From: Eledone cirrhosa
Lineage: Eukaryota
Assembly: GCA_964016885.1 (NCBI GenBank)
Contig: OZ024740.1
Span: 430,218,001 to 430,282,000 of the forward strand
Direction of reading: 5' to 3'
DNA: 64,000 nucleotides
Part shown: positions 1-14,400 of the stretch, piece by piece
Numbering within the stretch: position 1 is the stretch's first letter
Layout of the letters: every line of letters starts with the position of its first letter
Position numbers and translations under genes: made by a program
Notes under the pieces: model-generated
What the model was told of the DNA's origin: nothing
What the model saw: the letters and a program-made list of their open reading frames with translations, nothing else
The model's database searches: none

Positions 1-550
1 TAAATATTGTTCAGAGGGTAACACTAACCCTAACACTCTCAATGTTGTTTAGAGGGTAACACTCATCCTAACCCTCTAAATATTGTTTAGAGTATAACAC
101 TAACACTAACCTACTAAATGTTGTTCAGAGGATAACACTAACCCTAACACTCTAAATATTGTTTTTTAGGGTAACACTAACCCTAACATTCTAAATATTG
201 TTTAGAGGGTGACACTAACCCTAACCTTCTGAATATTGTTTAGAGGGTAACACTAACCCTAACCCACTAAATGTTGTTTAGAGGGTAACACTAATCCTAA
301 CACTCTAAATATTGTTTAGAGGGTAACACTAACCCTAACACTCTAAATATTGTTTAGAGGGTAACACTAACCCTAACCTCTAAATATTGTTTAGAGGGCA
401 ACACTAACCCTAACCTTCTAAATATTGTTTAGAGGGTAACACTAACCCTAACCCTCTAAATATTGTTTAGAGGATAATACTAACATTAACCCTCTAAATA
501 TTGTTCAGAGGGTAACACTAACCCTAACCCTCTAAATAATGTTCAGAGGG

Positions 551-570
551 TAACACTAACCCTAACCCTC
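551..570 (-). repeat. Representative telomere-type (TTAGGG-like) tract present in each monomer
   Basis: Plus strand TAACAC TAACCC TAACCC TC reads GAGGG TTAGGG TTAGTG TTA on the minus strand. Confidence 0.93.
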
Positions 571-589
571 TAAATATTGTTTAGAGGGT
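565..589. repeat. Representative intra-array inverted repeat (10-bp arms, 5-nt loop), recurring every 38 bp
   Basis: ACCCTCTAAA (565-574), TATTG, TTTAGAGGGT (580-589); the arms are exact reverse complements. Confidence 0.97.
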
Positions 590-3500
590 AACACTAACCC
601 TAACCCTCTAAATATGGTTTAGAGGGTAACACTAACCCTAACCCTCTGAATGTTGTTTAGAGAATAACACTAACCCTAACCTTCTAAATGTTGTTCAGAG
701 GGTAACACTAACCCTAACCCTCTAAATGTTGTTTAGAGGATAACACTAACCCTAACCTTCTAAATGTTGTTTAGAGGGTAACACTAACCCTAACCTTCAA
801 AATATTGTTTAGAGGGTAACACTAAGCCTAAACCTCTAAATGTTGTTTAGAGGGTAACACTAACCCTAATCCTCTAAATGTTGTTTAGAGGGTAACACTA
901 ACCCTAACCCTCTAAATATTGTTTAGAGGGTAACACTAACCCTATCCTTCTAAATGTTGTTTAGAGGATAACACTAACGCTAACACTCTAAATATTGTTT
1001 TTTAGGGTAACACTAACCCTAACCTTCTAAATATTGTTTAGAGGGTAACACTAACCCTAACCCTCTAAATATTGTTTAGAGGGTAACACTAACCCTAACC
1101 CTCTAAATATGGTTTAGAGGGTAACACTAACCCTAACCTTCTAAATATTGTTTAGAGGGTAACACTAACCCTAACCTTCTAAATATTGTTTAGAGGGTAA
1201 CACTAACCCTCACCCTCTAAATGTTGTTTAGAGGATAACACTAACCCTAACCTTCTAAATATTGTTTAGAGTGTAACACTAACCCTAACCCTCTAAATAT
1301 TGTTTAGAGGGTAACTCTAACCCTAACCTTCTAAATATTGTTTAGAGTGTAACACTAACCCTAACCCTCTAAATATTGTTTAGAAGATAATACTAACACT
1401 AACCCTCTAAATATTGTTCAGAGGGTAACACTAACCCTAACACTCTCAATGTTGTTTAGAGGGTAACACTCATCCTAACCCTCTAAATATTGTTTAGAGT
1501 ATAACACTAACACTAACCTACTAAATGTTGTTCAGAGGATAACACTAACCCTAACACTCTAAATATTGTTTTTTAGGGTAACACTAACCCTAACATTCTA
1601 AATATTGTTTAGAGGGTGACACTAACCCTAACCTTCTGAATATTGTTTAGAGGGTAACACTAAGCCTAAACCTCTAAATGTTGTTCAGAGGGTAACACTA
1701 ACCCCAACCCTCTAAATATTGTTTAGAGGGTAACACTAACCCTAAACTTCTAAATATTGTTTAGAGGGTAACACTAACCCTAACCTTCTAAATATTGTTT
1801 AGAGGGTAACACTAATCCTAACCCTCTAAATGTTGTTTAGAGGATAACACTAACCCTAACCTTCTAAATGTTGTTCAGAGGGTAACACTAACCCTAATCC
1901 TCTAAATGTTGTTTAGAGGGTAACACTAACCCTAAACCTCTAAATATTGTTTAGAGGATAATACTAACACTAACCCTCTAAATATTGTTCAGAGGGTAAC
2001 ACTAACCCTAACACTCTCAATGTTGTTTAGAGGGTAACACTAAGCCTAACCTTCTAAATATTGTTTAGAGTGTAACACTAACCCTCTGAATATTGTTTAG
2101 AGGTTAACACTAACCCTAACATTCTAAATATTGTTTAGAGGGTGACACTAACCCTAACCTTCTAAATATTGTTTAGAGGGTAACACTAACCCTAACCCTC
2201 TAAATGTTGTTTAGAGGATACCACTAACCCTAACCCTCTAAATATTGTTTAGAGGGTAACACTAACCCTAACCCTCTAAATAGTGTTTAGAGGGTAACAC
2301 TAACGCTAACCCTCTAAATGTTGTTTAGAGGGTAACACTAACACTAACCCTAACACTCTAAATATTGTTTAGAGGGTAACACTAACCCTAACCTCTAAAT
2401 ATTGTTTAGAGGGCAACACTAACCCTATCCTTCTAAATATTGTTTAGAGTGTAACACTAAGCCTAACCCTCTAAATATTGTTTAGAGGGTAACACTAACA
2501 CTAACCTCTAAATATTGTTTAGAGGGCAACACTAACCCTATCCTTCTAAATATTGTTTAGAGTGTAACACTAACCCTAACCCTCTAAATATTGTTTAGAG
2601 TGTAACACTAAGCCTAACCCTCTAAATATTGTTTAGAGGGTAACACTAACCCTAACATTCTAAATATTGTTTAGAGGGTAACACTAACCCTAACCTTCTA
2701 AATATTGTTTAGAGGGTAACACTAACCCTAACCCTCTAAATGTTGTTTAGAGGATAACACTAACCCTAACCTTCTAAATATTGTTTAGAGTGTAACACTA
2801 ACCCTAACCCTCTAAATATTGTTTAGAGGGTAACTCTAACCCTAACCCTCTAAATATTGTTTAGAGGGTAACACTAACCCTAACCCTCTAAATATTGTTT
2901 AGAAGATAATACTAACACTAACCCTCTAAATATTGTTTAGAGAGTAACACTAACACTAACCCTCTAAATATTGTTTTTTAGGGTAACACTAACCCTAACA
3001 TTCTAAATATTGTTTAGAGGGTGACACTAACCCTAACCTTCTAAATATTGTTTAGAGGGTAACACTAACCCTAACCCTCTAAATATGGTGTAGAGGGTAA
3101 CACTAAGCCTAAACCTCTAAATGTTGTTTAGAGGGTAACACTAACCCCAACCCTCTAAATATTGTTTAGAGGGTAACACTAAGCCTAACCTTCTAAATTT
3201 TGTTTAGAGGGTGACACTAACCCTAACCTTCTAAATATTGTTTAGAGGGTAACACTAACCCTAACCCTCTAAATATGGTGTAGAGGGTAACACTAAGCCT
3301 AAACCTCTAAATGTTGTTTAGAGGGTAACACTAACCCCAACCCTCTAAATATTGTTTAGAGGGTAACACTAAGCCTAACCTTCTAAATATTGTTTAGAGG
3401 GTAACACTAACACTAACCCTCTAAATATTGTTTAGAGGATAACGCTAACCCTAACATTCTAAATATTGTTTTTTAGGGTAACACTAAACCTAACCCTCTA

Positions 3501-5499
3501 AATGTTGTTTAGAGGGTAACACTAACCCTAACCCTCTAAATATTGTTTAGAGGGTAACACTAACCCTAACCCTCTAAATATGGTGTAGAGGGTAACACTA
3601 ACCCTAAACTTCTAAATATTGTTTAGAGGGTAACACTAACCCTAACCTTCTAAATATTGTTTAGAGGGTAACACTAACCCTAACCCTCTAAATGTTGTTT
3701 AGAGGATAACACTAACCCTAACCTTCTAAATGTTGTTCAGAGAGTAACACTAACCCTAACCCTCTAAATGTTGTTTAGAGGGTAACACTAACCCTAACCT
3801 TCTAAATATTGTTTAGAGGGTAACACTAAGCCTAACCCTCTAAATATTGTTTAGAGGGTAACACTAAACCTAACCTTCTAAATATTGTTTAGAGGATAAC
3901 ACTAACCCTAACCCTCTAAATATTGTTTAGAGGGTAACACTAACCCTAACCTTCTAAATATTGTTTAGATAGTAACACTAACCCTAACCCTCTAAATATT
4001 GTTTAGAGGATAACACTAAACCTAAAACTCTAAATGTTGTTTAGAGAGTAACACTAACCCTAACCCTCTAAATGTTGTTTAGAGGATAACACTAACCCTA
4101 ACCCTCTAAATGTTGTTTAGAGGGTAACACTAACCCTAACCTTCTAAATATTGTTTAGAGAGTAACACTAACCCTAACCCTCTAAATATTGTTTAGAGGG
4201 TAACACTAAACCTAACCCTCTAAATGTTGTTTAGAGAGTAACACTAACCATAACCCTCTAAATGTTGTTTAGAGGATAACACTAACCCTAACCCTCTAAA
4301 TATGGTTTAGAGGGTAACGCTAACCCTAAACTTCTAAATATTGTTTAGAGGGTAACACTAACCCTAACCTTCTAAATATTGTTTAGAGAGTAACACTAAC
4401 CCTAACCCTCTAAATATTGTTTAGAGGGTAACACTAACCCTAACCCTCTAAATATTGTTTAGAGGGTAACACTAACCCGAACCCTCTAAATATGGTTTAG
4501 AGGGTAACACTAACCCTAACCTTCTAAATATTGTTTAGAGGGTAACACTAAACCTAACCCTCTAAATGTTGTTTAGAGGGTAACACTAACCCTAACCTTC
4601 TAAATATTGTTTAGAGGGTAACGCTAACCGTAACCTTCTAAATATTGTTTAGAGGGTAACACTAACCCTAACCCTCTAAATATTGTTTAGAGGGTAACAC
4701 TAACCCTAACCCTCTAAATATTGTTTAGAGGGTAACACTAACCCTAACCTTCTAAATATTGTTTAGAGGGTAACACTAACCCTAACCCTCTAAATATGGT
4801 TTAGAGGGTAACACTAACCCTAACCTTCTAAATATTGTTTAGAGGGTAACACTAAACCTAACCCTCTAAATGTTGTTTAGAGGGTAACACTAACCCTAAC
4901 CTTCTAAATATTGTTTAGAGGGTAACACTAACCCTAACCTTCTAAATATTGTTTAGAGAGTAACACTAACCCTAACCCTCTAAATATTGTTTAGAGGGTA
5001 ACACTAAACCTAACCCTCTAAATGTTGTTTAGAGAGTAACACTAACCCTAACCCTCTAAATGTTGTTTAGAGGATAACACTAACCCTAACCCTCTAAATG
5101 TTGTTTAGAGGGTAACACTAACCCTAACCTTCAAAATATTGTTTAGAGAGTAACACTAACCCTAACCCTCTAAATATTGTTTAGAGGGTAACACTAACCC
5201 TAACCCTCTAAATGTTGTTTAGAGAGTAACACTAACCCTAACCTTCTAAATGTTGTTCAGAGGGTAACACTAACCCTAACCCTCTAAATGTTGTTTAGAG
5301 GGTAACACTAACCCTAACCTTCTAAATATTGTTTAGAGGGTAACACTAAGCCTAACCGTCTAAATATTGTTTAGAGGGTAACACTAACCCTAACCTTCTA
5401 AATATTGTTTAGAGGATAACACTAACCCTAACCCTCTAAATATTGTTTAGAGGGTAACACTAACCCTAACCTTCTAAATATTGTTTAGAGGGTAACACT

Positions 5500-8400
5500 A
5501 ACCCTAACCCTCTAAATATTGTTTAGAGGGTAACACTAACCCTAACCCTCTAAATATTGTTTAGAGGGTAACACTAACCCGAACCCTCTAAATATGGTTT
5601 AGAGGGTAACACTAACCCTAACCTTCTAAATATTGTTTAGAGGGTAACACTAAACCTAACCCTCTAAATGTTGTTTAGAGGGTAACACTAACCCTAACCT
5701 TCTAAATATTGTTTAGAGTGTAACACTAAACCTAACCCTCTAAATGTTGTTTAGAGAGTAACACTAACCCTAACCTTCTAAATATTGTTTAGAGGATAAC
5801 ACTAAACCTAACCCTCTAAATGTTGTTTAGAGAGTAACACTAACCCTAACATTCTAAATATTGTTTAGAGAGTAACACTAACCCTAACCCTCTAAATATT
5901 GTTTAGAGGATAACACTAACCCTAACCCTCTAAATATTGTTTAGAGAGTAACACTAACCCTAACCCTCTAAATATTGTTTAGAGGGTAACACTAAACCTA
6001 ACCCTCTAAATGTTGTTTAGAGGATAACACTAACCCTAACACTCTAAATGTTGTTTAGAGAGTAACACTAACCCTAACCCTCTAAATGTTGTTTAGAGGA
6101 TAACACTAACCCTAACACTCTAAATGTTGTTTAGAGAGTAACACTAACCCTAACCCTCTAAATATTGTTTAGAGGGTAACACTAAACCTAACCCTCTAAA
6201 TGTTGTTTAGAGAGTAACACTAACCCTAACCCTCTAAATGTTGTTTAGAGGATAACACTAACCCTAAACCTCTAAATGTTGTTTAGAGGATAACACTAAT
6301 CCTAACCTTCTAAATGTTGTTTAGAGAGTAACACTAACCCTAACCCTCTAAATGTTGTTTAGAGGATAACACTAACCCTAAACCTCTAAATATTGTTTAG
6401 AGGGTAACACTAAACCTAACCCTCTAAATGTTGTTTAGAGAGTAACACTAACCATAACCTTCTAAATATTGTTTAGAGGGTAACACTAACCCTAACCTTC
6501 TAAATATTGTTTAGAGGGTAACACTAACCCTAACCTTCTAAATATTGTTTAGAGAGTAACACTAACCCTAACCCTCTAAATATTGTTTAGAGGGTAACAC
6601 TAACCCTAACTCTCTAAATATTGTTTAGAGGGTAACACTAACCCTAACCTTCTAAATATTGTTTAGAGGGTAACACTAAGCCTAACCCTCTAAATATTGA
6701 TTAGAGGGTAACACTAACCCTAACCTTCTAAATATTGTTTAGAGGATAACACTAACCCTAACCCTCTAAATATTGTTTAGAGAGTAACACTAACCCTAAC
6801 CTTCTAAATATTGTTTAGAGGGTAACACTAACCCTAACCCTCTAAATATTGTTCAGAGGGTAACACTAACCCTAACCCTCTAAATATTGTTTAGAGGGTA
6901 ACACTAACCCTAACCCTCTAAATATTGTTTAGAGGGTAACACTAACCCTAACCCTCTAAATATTGTTCAGAGGGTAACACTAACCCTAACCCTCTAAATA
7001 TTGTTTAGAGGGTAACACTAAGCCTAACCCTCTAAATATTGTTTAGAGGGTAACACTAACCCTAACCCTCTATATATTGTTTAGAGGATAATACTAACAC
7101 TAACCCTCTAAATATTGTTCAGAGGGTAACGCTAACCCTAACCCTCTAAATAATTTTTAGAGGGTAACACTAACCCTAACCCTCTAAATATTGTTTAGAG
7201 GGTAACACTAACCCTAACCCTCTAAATATGGTTTAGAGGGTAACACTAACCCTAACCCTCTAAATATTGTTTAGAGAGTAACACTAACCCTAACCTTCTA
7301 AATGTTGTTCAGAGGGTAACACTAACCCTAACCCTCTAAATGTTGTTTAGAGGATAACACTAACCCTAACCTTCTAAATGTTGTTTAGAGGGTAACACTA
7401 ACCCTAACCTTCAAAATATTGTTTAGAGGGTAACACTAAGCCTAAACCTCTAAATATTGTTTAGAGGTTTACACTAACCCTAACCCTCTAAATAATGTTT
7501 AGAGGGTAACACTAACCCTAACCCTCTAAATATTGTTTAGAGGGTAACACTAACCCTAACCTTCTAAATATTGTTTAGAGGGTAACACTAACTCTAACAT
7601 TCTAAATATTGTTTAGAGGGTAACACTAACCCTAACCTTCTAAATATTGTTTAGAGGGTAACACTAACCCTAACCCTCTAAATGTTGTTTAGAGGATAAC
7701 ACTAACCCTAACCTTCTAAATATTGTTTAGAGTGTAACACTAACCCTAACCCTCTAAATATTGTTTAGAGGGTAACTCTAACCCTAACCTTCTAAATATT
7801 GTTTAGAGTGTAACACTAACCCTAACCCTCTAAATATTGTTTAGAGGGTAACACTAACCCTAACCCTCTAAATATTGTTTAGAAGATAATACTAACACTA
7901 ACCCTCTAAATATTGTTCAGAGGGTAACACTAACCCTAACACTCTCAATGTTGTTTAGAGGGTAACACTAACCCTAACACTCTAAATATTGTTTAGAGAG
8001 TAACACTAACACTAACCCTCTAAATATTGTTTTTTAGGGTAACACTAACCCTAACATTCTAAATATTGTTTAGAGGATAACACTAACCCTAACCCTCTAA
8101 ATATTGTTTAGAGGGTGACACTAACCCTAACCTTCTAAATATTGTTTAGAGGGTAACACTAAGCCTAAACCTCTAAATGTTGTTTAGAGGGTAACACTAA
8201 CCCCAACCCTCTAAATATTGTTTAGAGGGTAACACTAAGCCTAAACCTCTAAATGTTGTTTAGAGGATAACACTAACCCTAACCCTCTAAATATGGTGTA
8301 GAGGGTAACACTAACCCTAAACTTCTAAATATTGTTTAGAGGGTAACACTAACCCTAACCTTCTAAATATTGTTTAGAGGGTAACACTAACCCTAACCCT

Positions 8401-11400
8401 CTAAATGTTGTTTAGAGGATAACACTAACCCTAACCTTCTAAATGTTGTTCAGAGAGTAACACTAACCCTAACCCTCTAAATGTTGTTTAGAGGGTAACA
8501 CTAACCCTAACCTTCTAAATATTGTTTAGAGGGTAACACTAAGCCTAACCCTCTAAATATTGTTTAGAGGGTAACACTAACCCTAACCTTCTAAATATTG
8601 TTTAGAGGATAACACTAACCCTAACCCTCTAAATATTGTTTAGAGGGTAACACTAACCCTAACCTTCTAAATATTGTTTAGAGGGTAACACTAACCCTAA
8701 CCCTCTAAATATTGTGTAGAGGGTAACACTAACCCTAACCCTCTAAATATTGTTTAGAGGGTAACACTAACCCTAACCTTCTAAATATTGTTTAGAGGGT
8801 AACACTAACCCTAACCCTCTAAATATTGTTTAGAGGGTAACACTAAACCTAACCCTCTAAATGTTGTTTAGAGGGTAACACTAACCCTAAACTTCTAAAT
8901 ATTGTTTAGAGGGTAACACTAACCCTAACCCTCTAAATATTGTTTAGAGGGTAACACTAACCCTAACCCTCTAAATATTGTTTAGAGGGTAACACTAACC
9001 CGAACCCTCTAAATATGGTTTAGAGGGTAACACTAACCCTAACCTTCTAAATATTGTTTAGAGGGTAACACTAAACCTAACCCTCTAAATGTTGTTTAGA
9101 GGGTAACACTAACCCTAACCTTCTAAATATTGTTTAGAGTGTAACACTAAACCTAACCCTCTAAATGTTGTTTAGAGAGTAACACTAACCCTAACCTTCT
9201 AAATATTGTTTAGAGGATAACACTAAACCTAACCCTCTAAATGTTGTTTAGAGAGTAACACTAACCCTAACATTCTAAATATTGTTTAGAGAGTAACACT
9301 AACCCTAACCCTCTAAATATTGTTTAGAGGATAACACTAACCCTAACCCTCTAAATATTGTTTAGAGAGTAACACTAACCCTAACCCTCTAAATATTGTT
9401 TAGAGGGTAACACTAAACCTAACCCTCTAAATGTTGTTTAGAGGATAACACTAACCCTAACACTCTAAATGTTGTTTAGAGAGTAACACTAACCCTAACC
9501 CTCTAAATGTTGTTTAGAGGATAACACTAACCCTAACACTCTAAATGTTGTTTAGAGAGTAACACTAACCCTAACCCTCTAAATATTGTTTAGAGGGTAA
9601 CACTAAACCTAACCCTCTAAATGTTGTTTAGAGAGTAACACTAACCCTAACCCTCTAAATGTTGTTTAGAGGATAACACTAACCCTAAACCTCTAAATGT
9701 TGTTTAGAGGATAACACTAATCCTAACCTTCTAAATGTTGTTTAGAGAGTAACACTAAGCCTAACCCTCTAAATATTGTTTAGAGAGTAACACTAACCCT
9801 AACCTTCTAAATATTGTTTAGAGGATAACACTAACCCTAAACCTCTAAATATTGTTTAGAGAGTAACACTAACCCTAACCTTCTAAATATTGTTTAGAGG
9901 GTAACACTAACCCTAACCCTCTAAATATTGTTCAGAGGGTAACACTAACCCTAACCCTCTAAATATTGTTTAGAGGGTAACACTAACCCTAACCCTCTAA
10001 ATATTGTTTAGAGGGTAACACTAAGCCTAACCCTCTAAATATTGTTTAGAGGGTAACACTAACCCTAACCCTCTATATATTGTTTAGAGGATAATACTAA
10101 CACTAACCCTCTAAATATTGTTCAGAGGGTAACGCTAACACTAACCCTCTAAATAATGTTTAGAGGGTAACACTAACCCTAACCCTCTAAATATTGTTTA
10201 GAGGGTAACACTAACCCTAACCCTCTAAATATGGTTTAGAGGGTAACACTAACCCTAACCCTCTAAATATTGTTTAGAGAGTAACACTAACCCTAACATT
10301 CTAAATGTTGTTCAGAGGGTAACACTAACCCTAACCCTCTAAATGTTGTTTAGAGGATAACACTAACCCTAACCTTCTAAATGTTGTTTAGAGGGTAACA
10401 CTAACCCTAACCTTCAAAATATTGTTTAGAGGGTAACACTAAGCCTAAACCTCTAAATATTGTTTAGAGGTTTACACTAACCCTAACCATCTAAATATGG
10501 TTTAGAGGGTAACACTAACCCTAACCTTCTAAATATTGTTTAGAGGGTAACACTAACTCTAACATTCTAAATATTGTTTAGAGGGTAACACTAACCCTAA
10601 CCTTCTAAATATTGTTTAGAGGGTAACACTAACCCTAACCCTCTAAATGTTGTTTAGAGGATAACACTAACCCTAACCTTCTAAATATTGTTTAGAGTGT
10701 AACACTAACCCTAACCCTCTAAATATTGTTTAGAGGGTAACTCTAACCCTAATCTTCTAAATATTGTTTAGAGTGTAACACTAACCCTAACCCTCTAAAT
10801 ATTGTTTAGAGGGTAACACTAACCCTAACCCTCTAAATATTGTTTAGAAGATAATACTAACACTAACCCTCTAAATATTGTTCAGAGGGTAACACTAACC
10901 CTAACACTCTCAATGTTGTTTAGAGGGTAACACTAACCCTAACACTCTAAATATTGTTTAGAGAGTAACACTAACACTAACCCTCTAAATATTGTTTTTT
11001 AGGGTAACACTAACCCTAACATTCTAAATATTGTTTAGAGGATAACACTAACCCTAACCCTCTAAATATTGTTTAGAGGGTGACACTAACCCTAACCTTC
11101 TAAATATTGTTTAGAGGGTAACACTAAGCCTAAACCTCTAAATGTTGTTTAGAGGGTAACACTAACCCCAACCCTCTAAATATTGTTTAGAGGGTAACAC
11201 TAAGCCTAAACCTCTAAATGTTGTTTAGAGGATAACACTAACCCTAACCCTCTAAATATGGTGTAGAGGGTAACACTAACCCTAAACTTCTAAATATTGT
11301 TTAGAGGGTAACACTAACCCTAACCTTCTAAATATTGTTTAGAGGGTAACACTAACCCTAACCCTCTAAATGTTGTTTAGAGGATAACACTAACCCTAAC

Positions 11401-14400
11401 CTTCTAAATGTTGTTCAGATAGTAACACTAACCCTAACCCTCTAAATGTTGTTTAGAGGGTAACACTAACCCTAACCTTCTAAATATTGTTTAGAGGGTA
11501 ACACTAAGCCTAACCCTCTAAATATTGTTTAGAGGGTAACACTAACCCTAACCTTCTAAATATTGTTTAGAGGATAACACTAACCCTAACCCTCTAAATA
11601 TTGTTTAGAGGGTAACACTAACCCTAACCTTCTAAATATTGTTTAGAGGGTAACACTAACCCTAACCCTCTAAATATTGTTTAGAGGGTAACACTAACCC
11701 TAACCCTCTAAATATTGTTTAGAGGGTAACACTAACCCTAACCTTCTAAATATTGTTTAGAGGGTAACACTAACCCTAACCCTCTAAATATTGTTTAGAG
11801 GGTAACACTAAACCTAACCCTCTAAATGTTGTTTAGAGGGTAACACTAACCCTAAACTTCTAAATATTGTTTAGAGGGTAACACTAACCCTAACCCTCTA
11901 AATATTGTTTAGAGGGTAACACTAACCCTAACCCTCTAAATATTGTTTAGAGGGTAACACTAACCCGAACCCTCTAAATATGGTTTAGAGGGTAACACTA
12001 ACCCTAACCTTCTAAATATTGTTTAGAGGGTAACACTAAACCTAACCCTCTAAATGTTGTTTAGAGGGTAACACTAACCCTAACCTTCTAAATATTGTTT
12101 AGAGTGTAACACTAAACCTAACCCTCTAAATGTTGTTTAGAGAGTAACACTAACCCTAACCTTCTAAATTTTGTTTAGAGGATAACACTAAACCTAACCC
12201 TCTAAATGTTGTTTAGAGAGTAACACTAACCCTAACATTCTAAATATTGTTTAGAGAGTAACACTAACCCTAACCCTCTAAATATTGTTTAGAGGATAAC
12301 ACTAACCCTAACCCTCTAAATATTGTTTAGAGAGTAACACTAACCCTAACCCTCTAAATATTGTTTAGAGGGTAACACTAAACCTAACCCTCTAAATGTT
12401 GTTTAGAGGATAACACTAACCCTAACACTCTAAATGTTGTTTAGAGAGTAACACTAACCCTAACCCTCTAAATGTTGTTTAGAGGATAACACTAACCCTA
12501 ACACTCTAAATGTTGTTTAGAGAATAACACTAACCCTAACCCTCTAAATATTGTTTAGAGGGTAACACTAAACCTAACCCTCTAAATGTTGTTTAGAGAG
12601 TAACACTAACCCTAACCCTCTAAATGTTGTTTAGAGGATAACACTAACCCTAAACCTCTAAATGTTGTTTAGAGGATAACACTAATCCTAACCTTCTAAA
12701 TGTTGTTTAGAGAGTAACACTAACCCTAACCCTCTAAATGTTGTTTAGAGGATAACACTAACCCTAAACCTCTAAATATTGTTTAGAGGGTAACACTAAA
12801 CCTAACCCTCTAAATGTTGTTTAGAGAGTAACACTAACCATAACCTTCTAAATATTGTTTAGAGGGTAACACTAACCCTAACCTTCTAAATATTGTTTAG
12901 AGGGTAACACTAACCCTAACCTTCTAAATATTGTTTAGAGAGTAACACTAACCCTAACCCTCTAAATGTTGTTTAGAGGATAACACTAACCCTAAACCTC
13001 TAAATATTGTTTAGAGGGTAACACTAAACCTAACCCTCTAAATGTTGTTTAGAGAGTAACACTAACCATAACCTTCTAAATATTGTTTAGAGGGTAACAC
13101 TAACCCTAACCTTCTAAATATTGTTTAGAGGGTAACACTAACCCTAACCTTCTAAATATTGTTTAGAGAGTAACACTAACCCTAACCCTCTAAATATTGT
13201 TTAGAGGGTAACACTAACCCTAACTCTCTAAATATTGTTTAGAGGGTAACACTAACCCTAACCTTCTAAATATTGTTTAGAGAGTAACACTAACCCTAAC
13301 CCTCTAAATATTGTTTAGAGGGTAACACTAACCCTAACTCTCTAAATATTGTTTAGAGGGTAACACTAACCCTAACCTTCTAAATATTGTTTAGAGGGTA
13401 ACACTAAGCCTAACCCTCTAAATATTGTTTAGAGGGTAACACTAACCCTAACCTTCTAAATATTGTTTAGAGGATAACACTAACCCTAACCCTCTAAATA
13501 TTGTTCAGAGGGTAACACTAACCCTAACCCTCTAAATATTGTTTAGAGGGTAACACTAACCCTAACCCTCTAAATATTGTTTAGAGGGTAACACTAAGCC
13601 TAAACCTCTAAATGTTGTTTAGAGGGTAACACTAACCCCAACCCTCTAAATATTGTTTAGAGGATAACACTAACCCTAACCCTCTAAATATTGTTTAGAG
13701 GGTGACACTAACCCTAACCTTCTAAATATTGTTTAGAGGGTAACACTAAGCCTAAACCTCTAAATGTTGTTTAGAGGGTAACACTAACCCCAACCCTCTA
13801 AATATTGTTTAGAGGGTAACACTAAGCCTAAACCTCTAAATGTTGTTTAGAGGATAACACTAACCCTAACCCTCTAAATATGATGTAGAGGGTAACACTA
13901 ACCCTAAACTTCTAAATATTGTTTAGAGGGTAACACTAACCCTAACCTTCTAAATATTGTTTAGAGGGTAACACTAACCCTAACCCTCTAAATGTTGTTC
14001 AGAGGATAACACTAACCCTAACCTTCTAAATGTTGTTCAGAGAGTAACACTAACCCTAACCCTCTAAATGTTGTTTAGAGGGTAACACTAACCCTAACCT
14101 TCTAAATATTGTTTAGAGGGTAACACTAAGCCTAACCCTCTAAATATTGTTTAGAGGGTAACACTAACCCTAACCTTCTAAATATTGTTTAGAGGATAAC
14201 ACTAACCCTAACCCTCTAAATATTGTTTAGAGGGTAACACTAACCCTAACCTTCTAAATATTGTTTAGAGGGTGACACTAACCCTAACCCTCTAAATATT
14301 GTTTAGAGGGTAACACTAACCCTAACCCTCTAAATATTGTTTAGAGGGTAACACTAACCCTAACCTTCTAAATATTGTTTAGAGGGTAACACTAACCCTA

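Larger units (their letters stand above)
1..1663. repeat. Duplicated block: ~1-256 repeated at ~1408-1663 (offset 1407 bp, 37 monomers)
   Basis: Both copies share an ordered run of rare variants: CACTCTCAATG, ACTCATCC, GAGTATAAC, CCTACTAAATG, GTTTTTTAGGG, GGGTGACAC, TTCTGAATA. Confidence 0.85.

Noticed and set aside
565-589. Rho-independent terminators or tRNA/ncRNA hairpins
   Set aside because: The stem is AT-rich with no following U-tract and no upstream gene or cloverleaf; it is simply part of the satellite unit.
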